A stretch of 37,820 nt of DNA from an uncultured Chloroflexaceae bacterium (GTDB lineage: Bacteria; Chloroflexota; Chloroflexia; Chloroflexales; Chloroflexaceae), in NCBI GenBank assembly GCA_964626155.1, contig CAZVEN010000021.1:15825-53644 (forward strand). The letters run 5' to 3'. The position numbers were made by a program, and so were the translations under genes. Of the stretch, positions 8,542 to 16,444 are shown piece by piece; within the stretch, counting starts at the first letter, position 1, and each line of letters starts with the position of its first letter. The notes beneath the pieces are model-generated. The model saw only the letters and a program-made list of their open reading frames with translations, was not told the origin of the DNA and made no database searches.

Positions 8542-9618
8542 CTACTTCATAGAGCACAATACCTGTGCAATGCGGTCATCGCTTACTCCCCGCGACTGAA
8601 GCGGTACCATAATATCCTGCTCTATGTTCGGCACATAAGCCCGCAATATGCGACACTGTGCAGTTGCAGGCAAGAAGCGACATTGTTCGACACAAGCAGG
8701 AATAACAACCGAGTCGCCGGTTTGCAGGTTGAGCTGCCCGGTAGCCCATTGCATCGTGCCATGTCCCTCAATGAGAGTCACAAGGGCCATACTTTTGGAC
8801 CCTTTGCACAAACCCTTCGGCGCACCAAGGGTCCAGAGTTCTAGCGCAAAGTGTTTGCATGCGACAAGCAACATACCGCTGCGGTCTGGTTGAAGTGGCA
8901 CAGGCGTTGTTTTTGAGCAGGGCGATGGAGCAAGGTGCAACACATCTAGGGCTTTATCGAGATGAAGCGGACGTTGTTGCCCTGTCTTGGGGTCTTGCCG
9001 TCCATAATCATAGACCCGGTAGGTCAGGTCCGACTTCTGCTGAATTTCAAATAACAAAACCCCCGCATTGATAGCGTGGAGTGTGCCGGCCGGTGTGAAG
9101 ATGACTTCGCCAGTATGCAATGGGACATAGTTGACATAGTTTTCGAGTGTTTTCGTCTCAACTGCTTCCGCAAAACGTTCACGAGACATTGGCTCATGCA
9201 GTCCATAGATGACATGCGCATCCGGGTTGGCATCTAAGACATACCACGCTTCTGTTTTGCCATAGAATCCAGTGCCTGCTTCATGGGCTAGGGCATAGGC
9301 ATCGTCGGGGTGTACTTGTATTGAGAGTTTATCGTTGGCATCAATAAACTTCAGCAGCAACGGAAAATCTGCACCATAGCGTTCAAGCACCGTGGTGCCG
9401 ACAAGGTGTTCTTGATACTGTTGCGTCACTTGGGCTAATGTTTGTCCGGCTAAAGCCCCATTTTGTATGTTATTCGTGTCGTATATTTCCCACGTTTCAC
9501 CAATATGGGTAGGGCGTGGTTCAGGAAGATGTAGCCATTCGGCAATACGCTGGCCTCCCCACATACGATATATAAACTGTCGTTCTATTTGGAGTGGGTA
9601 GAGTGATAAAGATGTCAT
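8542..9618 (-). CDS. manA: mannose-6-phosphate isomerase, class I (cupin)
   Basis: 358 aa with FPLLLKFIDANDKLSIQVHPDD and GKTEAWYVL, the zinc-binding PMI type I signature. RBS AAGGAG 8 nt upstream. Confidence 0.93.
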   Translation of the reverse strand: MTSLSLYPLQIERQFIYRMWGGQRIAEWLHLPEPRPTHIGETWEIYDTNNIQNGALAGQTLAQVTQQYQEHLVGTTVLERYGADFPLLLKFIDANDKLSIQVHPDDAYALAHEAGTGFYGKTEAWYVLDANPDAHVIYGLHEPMSRERFAEAVETKTLENYVNYVPLHTGEVIFTPAGTLHAINAGVLLFEIQQKSDLTYRVYDYGRQDPKTGQQRPLHLDKALDVLHLAPSPCSKTTPVPLQPDRSGMLLVACKHFALELWTLGAPKGLCKGSKSMALVTLIEGHGTMQWATGQLNLQTGDSVVIPACVEQCRFLPATAQCRILRAYVPNIEQDIMVPLQSRGVSDDRIAQVLCSMK

Positions 9619-9952
9619 GTTGTGGCTCCTTGTTTTCTAGGGTCCTGTCTTAATATGCTCCCGTATAAACCAAACGAAAAAAACGTCTGTATTTGTAAGC
9701 GTTCAGGGAGGGGCACAGCATAACTATATCCCATTGCAGAGACAAACTGTAAAAGAAAGAATTTTTACCACCTGATGTCAAAACACCGATTTCAGGCACG
9801 TGAGTATAAAAACCTTCGTTCTAATTGCTTAAAACCATTATCCTTATTACGCAAAAGGTGGCGGGTATTATCTTTAAGAGCATTTTACCCCCCTGAACGC
9901 TTACCTGTATTTACCTAGTATCCTGCCTAGCGATGGAGTATGAATAGAGTGA

Positions 9953-9981
9953 TTGACTGCTATCGCACATTCTGTTACAAT
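9953..9981 (+). promoter_or_regulatory. near-consensus sigma70-type promoter TTGACT-N17-TACAAT
   Basis: -35 at 9953-9958, exactly 17 nt of spacer, -10 at 9976-9981. It is oriented toward the plsC-like gene, with a ~85-nt leader. Confidence 0.5.
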
Positions 9982-10071
9982 GAAGAGCATTATGGCTAGG
10001 TGTTCACTTCGTTTCCGTGCAACTTAACAAGGCCAAGAGCATATGCATGTCAAGGTGATGGTTGAAAAAAT

Positions 10072-10872
10072 ATGGAAGTAAAACAAACGGTACAAAAAGT
10101 CCAGTCTGTTGCGCGGACAGCAGTATTTTTTGGTATGACAGCAGGGTTATCTGTCTTGTGGCATCTTGGTAAGGTAAGTGCCTGCCGCGATAGGTACTCA
10201 ACAATCAAGTGGCGCAACTTTACTGTCCGGTCCTGGGCACGTATGGCACGGGCTATTGCCAATATGCACGTGACGATTGAGGGTACTCCACCAGATCCAC
10301 CATTTCTGCTTGTTTCAAACCACTTGGGATACATTGATATTATCTCCTATGCATCGCAGATAGATTGCATGTTTGTTGCCAAGAGTGACATCGCTCGCTG
10401 GCCACTCATTGGGCCTATGGCACAAAAACTAGACACGATTTTTATAGACCGAAAAAAAATCCATGATGTGGCTAATGTCATTGAACTCATGGAAAAAGCC
10501 TTGAACGAAAATCAAGGTATTATGATTTTTGCCGAAGGTACAAGCACACAAGGTGCCGATGTACTCCCCTTCAAACCATCGTTGTTGGCACCGGCTGCCC
10601 GCATGGGCATCCCTGTCTATTATGCAAGTATTAGTTACACAACACCCCCCGATCAAGTTCCGGCGCATCTTTCTGTGTGTTGGTGGGGAGGTAAAAAATT
10701 CCCCCAGCACCTGATGGGGCTATTTGCCAATACGAGCTTTGATGCTTGTATTACCTTTGGTGTCGAACCAATACAAGACGGTAATCGCAAGGCGTTGGCG
10801 AAGAAGTTGCACCATGCTGTCGTGCAACAATTTCGCCCCGTTGTGGTGTTCGACGATAAAGACCAAGCATAA
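10072..10872 (+). CDS. plsC: 1-acyl-sn-glycerol-3-phosphate acyltransferase family protein (lysophospholipid acyltransferase)
   Basis: HX4D motif in VSNHLGYIDI, the FAEGTS motif, and an N-terminal TM. 266 aa. Confidence 0.88.
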   Translation: MEVKQTVQKVQSVARTAVFFGMTAGLSVLWHLGKVSACRDRYSTIKWRNFTVRSWARMARAIANMHVTIEGTPPDPPFLLVSNHLGYIDIISYASQIDCMFVAKSDIARWPLIGPMAQKLDTIFIDRKKIHDVANVIELMEKALNENQGIMIFAEGTSTQGADVLPFKPSLLAPAARMGIPVYYASISYTTPPDQVPAHLSVCWWGGKKFPQHLMGLFANTSFDACITFGVEPIQDGNRKALAKKLHHAVVQQFRPVVVFDDKDQA

Positions 10873-10934
10873 GCTTGTGCTCCTAGGCTCCTTTGGTATG
10901 TTCAAAGGTACCCACGTTCGTTGCTTCCAATAGC

Positions 10935-11483
10935 TTACCGATACCTGTTTTCCGCAGCAGCTTGGCGAGCTTCGCGTAGGTTTTCGTATGCATCGTAGAT
11001 ATTGACCGCACGTGGCCGTTGAGTGCCAAGGTAGCGTTGCGTTGGTTTCCCATTCATGCTCCGATATTCAAACCAAAACGGCCCATGCAGTTGTCCTTCT
11101 TTGAAGACATATTCGTATTGATAATACACACCATCTATTTCATACCACTCAATAATGAGGTCTTGTTCTTCGGGGGGCATATGGGGGGTACGTTCTGGCG
11201 TTGGTGCTGGCGTTGGTTCATCCGTTGCCATTGGTTCTTGTGCATCATCATCTTCTAGCACTTGTTCTTGTGGTAGGTCAAGTGAATTGTACCAATCGTG
11301 TAGTTCTCCATAGATTGTTTTCTGAATGTCGCTGGCCGTTTTTTTTGCGCTGTGCGTCACGGTACGCTCTACATCGGCCATTTCGGTAAACGCTGTGTCT
11401 ACAAGACGCTTACCCACATGTTGCACTCGGAGCATGAGTGCTTGGTCTAAGTCTATCAACTTTTCTAAAGCCCATCCTCGCAT
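10935..11483 (-). CDS. hypothetical protein (182 aa), acidic Pro-rich middle, Tyr/Trp-rich C-terminal domain
   Basis: The ORF track extends to 11582, but the first 33 codons look like read-through. I call the internal start MRGWALEK at 11483 (AGGAAA 8 nt upstream). No family recognised. Confidence 0.55.
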   Translation of the reverse strand: MRGWALEKLIDLDQALMLRVQHVGKRLVDTAFTEMADVERTVTHSAKKTASDIQKTIYGELHDWYNSLDLPQEQVLEDDDAQEPMATDEPTPAPTPERTPHMPPEEQDLIIEWYEIDGVYYQYEYVFKEGQLHGPFWFEYRSMNGKPTQRYLGTQRPRAVNIYDAYENLREARQAAAENRYR

Positions 11484-11608
11484 AGGTTTCCTGCTCTTTT
11501 TACAATTGTTTGCACTTTCATAAAATGGCGATGTAAAGAACGATGTAGATAAAAATATAGCAGTGTTTGCTATGCATGTCAATATAGAGCAGTCCTAAAT
11601 TGTGTTGT

Positions 11609-11719
11609 GCATACTATAGCAACCATAAACGAAAAACCGTTGTATCTCTCTGCGTCTTTGCTTCTCTGCGCCTCTGTGTTAAACATGGTACCAATTCATG
11701 GATGGTTGCTATAGTATGC
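11609..11719. repeat. MITE-like octamer-repeat element with perfect 18-bp terminal inverted repeats
   Basis: GCATACTATAGCAACCAT at 11609-11626 is the exact reverse complement of 11702-11719. The interior TCTCTGCGTCTTTGCTTCTCTGCGCCTCTGTG holds the octamer tandem repeats. The right half is homologous to 20075-20160. Confidence 0.65.
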
Positions 11720-11806
11720 AGTTGCGTCGTTGCCTCTTTACATTGTGGCGCAAGATTTATACAATAGAGAAACGCCTTCACTCCTAGTCTACCGTCGGAG
11801 GCACTG

Positions 11807-12073
11807 ATGCAGCAGACAAAAAACGGGTTGATACGGTTTCTCATTGACCTTGCCGATGTAGACCCGCATACACAATTTGGCAAGGTGCTACGATTCGAGT
11901 ATTATGGCAACGATTGTTACTTGGTAGAGTTTGCCTGTGGGCTGTTTGCGGTAAAAACCTTTCTGGGGAAAATCCATATAGAACCAAGCTATGAAGATGC
12001 ACGCCAACATGTACCTCCTATGGTCATACCCGTTCACTACCCAGGCGATATAACAGATGACCAATATTACTGA
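11807..12073 (+). CDS. hypothetical small protein (88 aa)
   Basis: ORF with a GGAGG RBS 7 nt upstream. No recognisable family. Confidence 0.5.
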   Translation: MQQTKNGLIRFLIDLADVDPHTQFGKVLRFEYYGNDCYLVEFACGLFAVKTFLGKIHIEPSYEDARQHVPPMVIPVHYPGDITDDQYY

Positions 12074-12119
12074 ACAGAAATGCGATGCATACAAATGAAA
12101 AAAGAAAGGATTAGATAGG

Positions 12120-13106
<987 letters not shown>

Positions 13107-13163
13107 AGCTTTTTCTTGGTGTCCATTGTGGTCAAACAAAGAGATTGTTTTTTTTGTACGTGG

Positions 13164-13183
13164 GGGCGTGCAGCCGCACGCCC
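13164..13183. repeat. GGGCGTGC/GCACGCCC hairpin
   Basis: 8-bp stem with loop AGCC. An identical stem with a different loop lies at 20618-20637. Confidence 0.5.
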
Positions 13184-13225
13184 GTACTAGCGCTAAAACA
13201 CAGTGTAACATAACGAGGGGTCCAT

Positions 13226-13825
13226 ATGAGCTATAGTGACTTTACCATAGAAACGCTGAAAGAAAAACTTGGTGTATACCTTGTTGAAGACAGCATCCTT
13301 TTTCCAGAGCCACCATCATACCCTGTCCCCACATTCTTGACAGAGTTACTGCAACGCTACGTGCCATTGGCAACGTTTATCAATACCGAAAAAGCCCGTT
13401 CGGAATTGATCATAGCTCCCATACTTGTTGAGCTAAAATTCCACGTGCAGAAAAAAATCAGCTTGTTCTCTGGCACAGAGTTCAACGTTGACCAGCAAGC
13501 AGGGCTAACCGGGCGATGCGATTATATTATCTCGCTGTCGCCAGAGCAATTGATGCTCAGTGCGCCCGTCATTATTGTTGTTGAAGCAAAAAATGAGAAT
13601 ATCATGAGCGGTATACCCCAGTGCATCGCCACAATGATAGCGGCTATGCGCTTCAACATACAAAAGGGCAACCCAATTGAAACTATCTATGGCATTGTGA
13701 CAACTGGCAACTTATGGCGATTTTTGAAACTAGACTGCGACAACCATGCGTATATTGACACGATGGAGTACCACATACAACGCATTAATACCATCTGGAG
13801 CATCGTCAATGCCATTATTGTATAA
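13226..13825 (+). CDS. PD-(D/E)XK nuclease superfamily protein, HsdR-N-terminal-domain-like
   Basis: 199 aa. ...CDYIISL...PVIIVVEAKNE matches the D...(D/E)xK core; the layout resembles type I restriction HsdR_N-like standalone proteins. Confidence 0.55.
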   Translation: MSYSDFTIETLKEKLGVYLVEDSILFPEPPSYPVPTFLTELLQRYVPLATFINTEKARSELIIAPILVELKFHVQKKISLFSGTEFNVDQQAGLTGRCDYIISLSPEQLMLSAPVIIVVEAKNENIMSGIPQCIATMIAAMRFNIQKGNPIETIYGIVTTGNLWRFLKLDCDNHAYIDTMEYHIQRINTIWSIVNAIIV

Positions 13826-13945
13826 GAGCCTAACGGTAGCACCGGAAGCCGGCGCTTAGGGGTTCCCCCACAACCGTGCTCGTCGCTGGCAGACCTATCA
13901 GAGAAGAAACGAACCTACGCGGTACAACCTAGGTGGGCGGAAGAG

Positions 13946-13973
13946 TATTCGTTTATTCGTTTCCTATTCGTGG
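13946..13973 (+). promoter_or_regulatory. three direct repeats TATTCGT(T/G) with ~10-bp periodicity upstream of the WD40-DUF29 operon
   Basis: TATTCGTT at 13946, TATTCGTT at 13955 and TATTCGTG at 13966, 50-80 nt upstream of the 14025 start. This direct-repeat layout is typical of OmpR-type regulator sites. Confidence 0.25.
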
Positions 13974-14024
13974 ACGGCACGGCTATGTGGCTTAATGAAA
14001 AAAGAGAAACATGGAGAAATACTC

Positions 14025-15236
14025 ATGCACATACGCTTTGTGCTCATATACTGTCTATTGATAGTCGGCATCGCCATAGCCGGCTGTGGACCAGCATCGC
14101 AAACAAACGACGCCCAAACCCACGACGCTTCGCCACAGCCAGCCGCTGAGAGTACATCTCAGCCATCTACCCATGTCGCAACAACCTCAAATGTTACATC
14201 TACCATTGATGGTGATAATGACGATAATATGCCTGTTGACGCCTTGCTTTCCACACCAACACACACAGCAACAGTGACAGAGAACCTAACGCCAACCACG
14301 ACCATGACTATCACCCCAACCCAAATGCCTACTCCCACACCTGCCTACACATTTGGAGAGGAAATCGTCACATTGAGCGGCCACGCCGGAGGGTTGTGGG
14401 CCGTTGCATTAAGTCCTGATGAAACCCTCCTTGCCACCGCTTCAGCCGATGGCACAGCCAAGCTCTGGGATATGGCCACCTTTCAAGAAGTGTACACATT
14501 GCAAGGGCATAGCGCCGCTGTGCGCTCAGTCGCATTTAGCCCCGATGGTACGCTCATCGCCACCGGTTCAGCAGATACCACCATAAAGCTATGGCAACGC
14601 GATACGGGCGAAGAAATAGCCACCCTCAGCGGTGGGCACACCGATGAAGTTGCAGCAGTCGCATTCAGCCCCGATGGGACCCTCCTCGCCAGCGGTTCAA
14701 AGGATGCCAACCTATGCCTATGGGATGTGGAGAGCATGATGCTTGTAGATACCCTCACTGGACATGAAAACTGGATTGAGGGCATCGCGTGGAGTCCGGG
14801 CGGCACACTGTTGGCAAGCGGCTCACTCGATGAAACAGTACGCTTGTGGGATGTAGAGCGTAGAGAGAATATCGCCATATTATATGGGCATACGCATTGG
14901 GTCTTACCTGTTACGTTTAGCCCCGATGGGTCGCTCATAGCCAGTGGTGCCAACGATGCCACGGTGCGTATCTGGTCTGTGGCCACAGGCGAACATGAGC
15001 GCGTGCTAGAAGGGCACACCAACGAAGTGCGCTCAGTCGCCTTTAGCCCCGAGGGGGAGATACTAGCCAGTGGTTCCGAGGATGAGACCGTCATACTATG
15101 GCGCGTATCCGATGGCGAAGAGATTGCACGGCTACAACCCGGCTCCTCGGCCGCATGGGTGCTCTTCAACGCCGATGGCTCTATACTCTTTACCGCATTG
15201 GGCAATGGGCTACTCAAAGTGTGGTATGTCGGGTGA
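14025..15236 (+). CDS. WD40-repeat lipoprotein (7-bladed beta-propeller) with Thr/Pro-rich linker
   Basis: Signal peptide MHIRFVLIYCLLIVGIAIAGC with a lipobox, then a T/P-rich linker, then 7 WD repeats (GH...WD/WS pattern). The ORF track starts at 13995; 14025 has a GGAG RBS. Confidence 0.9.
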   Translation: MHIRFVLIYCLLIVGIAIAGCGPASQTNDAQTHDASPQPAAESTSQPSTHVATTSNVTSTIDGDNDDNMPVDALLSTPTHTATVTENLTPTTTMTITPTQMPTPTPAYTFGEEIVTLSGHAGGLWAVALSPDETLLATASADGTAKLWDMATFQEVYTLQGHSAAVRSVAFSPDGTLIATGSADTTIKLWQRDTGEEIATLSGGHTDEVAAVAFSPDGTLLASGSKDANLCLWDVESMMLVDTLTGHENWIEGIAWSPGGTLLASGSLDETVRLWDVERRENIAILYGHTHWVLPVTFSPDGSLIASGANDATVRIWSVATGEHERVLEGHTNEVRSVAFSPEGEILASGSEDETVILWRVSDGEEIARLQPGSSAAWVLFNADGSILFTALGNGLLKVWYVG

Positions 15237-15257
15237 CGTGGGATTGAGAGGCAAAAA

Positions 15258-15779
15258 ATGGAAGAACTTGTACAATTGCGTGAACATATCCAACAGCAAC
15301 GCTATCGTGAGGCACTTGATGTACTTGACGACATGGATGATATGAGTAAGAAATCTATTCTTGACGCCATTCAAACATTTCTGGAGCATATGTTGGTATA
15401 CATCATCAAAAACGATGTTGAGCAACAGATGACCAATGCATGGGCCGCGTCAATTCGTGACTCGCTGCTACAGATACGCAAGCGCAACCTCAAAGGCAAT
15501 CAGGTGTCGTGGTATCTTGAGCGCGATGATTGGGATGCCCGCCTAGACGAAGCATATGAAGTTGCGATAGCTGATGCGAGTGTTGAAGTGATGGATGGTC
15601 TCTATACGCCATTTGAACTCTATGAACAGGCGCACTGTGATGTGGTATTAGAACGTGCGCGGTGTCTGCTTGTGCTCATGTATGACCACCCACCCAAGTC
15701 GTTGCCACAGGTTATCAACGACTACTTGAGCACGCTCCCCGGCGGGCATACATGGCGATACGGAAACAAACGGGGTTAA
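15258..15779 (+). CDS. DUF29 family protein
   Basis: 173 aa. N-terminal MEELVQLREHIQQQRYREALDVLDDMDDMS fits the DUF29 profile. A paralog lies at 20141-20578. It starts 21 bp after the WD40 stop and is probably co-transcribed. Confidence 0.75.
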   Translation: MEELVQLREHIQQQRYREALDVLDDMDDMSKKSILDAIQTFLEHMLVYIIKNDVEQQMTNAWAASIRDSLLQIRKRNLKGNQVSWYLERDDWDARLDEAYEVAIADASVEVMDGLYTPFELYEQAHCDVVLERARCLLVLMYDHPPKSLPQVINDYLSTLPGGHTWRYGNKRG

Positions 15780-15837
15780 TAAAGTGAGTTTGTATGACTG
15801 TTCAAAATGAACCAATAACTCAGCGTCATACTGCTCT

Positions 15838-15985
15838 CAGCGCCTCTGCGTTGCATCTTAACGCAAAAGCGCAAAGGAGCAAAGACGCAAAGGCCGGAAG
15901 GCATGGTACGTAGATTATCTCTCTATGCAAGAAGGTGAAGCTGGTCCCATATTAGAAGTCTTCAATGCCAGTTGCATCTTAACGC
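15838..15985. repeat. octamer-repeat element copy
   Basis: CAGCGCCTCTGCGTTGCATCTTAACGCAAAAGCGCAAAGGAGCAAAGACGCAAAGG. TTGCATCTTAACGCA is repeated at 15972. Confidence 0.6.
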
Positions 15986-15992
15986 AGTGGTT

Positions 15993-16259
15993 TTAGCATG
16001 GAGGTACCGAGGTTCTGGATGGTGCATGTTTAAGCCATAGAGCATCAGCGCACAGCTCTATTTCCCCTGGCCATTGAATATAGCGCCCACGTTCGCCAAC
16101 TGCAACCTGTGCAAAAAACGGTTGGTCTTTCAATGGTGCAAATATACCCCCACGTTCAATATAGGGGTTACAATCAACAATGATTGTGTCACCTGATGCA
16201 TACGTTAAACGCACATGATAATCTGGTTCGGCAACCACATGGGTAATAGTGTACAACAT
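15993..16259 (-). CDS. DUF2442 domain-containing protein
   Basis: MLYTITHVVAEPDYHVRLTYASGDTIIVDCNPYIERGGIFAPLKD.PFFAQVAV..RGRYIQWPGEIELCADALW matches the DUF2442 pattern. Start chosen at the internal Met with an AGAGGGG RBS. Confidence 0.8.
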   Translation of the reverse strand: MLYTITHVVAEPDYHVRLTYASGDTIIVDCNPYIERGGIFAPLKDQPFFAQVAVGERGRYIQWPGEIELCADALWLKHAPSRTSVPPC

Positions 16260-16337
16260 GACAATATACCCCTCTATTCTAGGATGACACGAATACACAA
16301 ATAGGTGGTACTCACACCACCACAGCTATGTGCAGGT

Positions 16338-16359
16338 GAGACGTTGCGTGCAACGTCTC
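16338..16359. repeat. GAGACGTTGC-GT-GCAACGTCTC palindrome directly 3' of the NACHT gene
   Basis: Perfect 10-bp arms, from the same family as 8443-8528. Confidence 0.8.
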
Positions 16360-16362
16360 AAC

Positions 16363-16444
16363 CACTCAATCGCCCCATCGCCCCATCGCTCAATCGCTCA
16401 ATCCCTGACCCCTGACCCCTGACCCCTGACCCCTGACCCCTGTC
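16363..16444. repeat. compound microsatellite: 8-mers (CTCAATCG/CCCCATCG x5), then 7-mer CCCTGAC x5 (+1 degenerate) overlapping the last 18 codons of the NACHT gene
   Basis: Read directly from the sequence. The 7-mer array (16403-16444) encodes ...GVRGQGSGVRGQG on the minus strand. Confidence 0.9.

Noticed and set aside
8488-8893. Plus-strand ORFs 8488-8844 and 8648-8893
   Set aside because: Antisense to the strongly supported manA CDS. No RBS and no recognisable family.
11484-11582. N-terminal 33 codons of ORF 10935-11582
   Set aside because: The residues MTCIANTAIFLSTSFFTSPFYE... look like translated intergenic sequence and extend into the divergent promoter region. The internal ATG at 11483 has an RBS.
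13826-13994. Possible tRNA or other small RNA gene in GC-rich intergenic segments (also 24006-24304)
   Set aside because: No T-loop GGTTCGAAT-like box, no acceptor-stem or CCA architecture, and no RNase P, SRP or tmRNA signature strings. The segments instead match the dispersed GTAGCACCGG repeat family.
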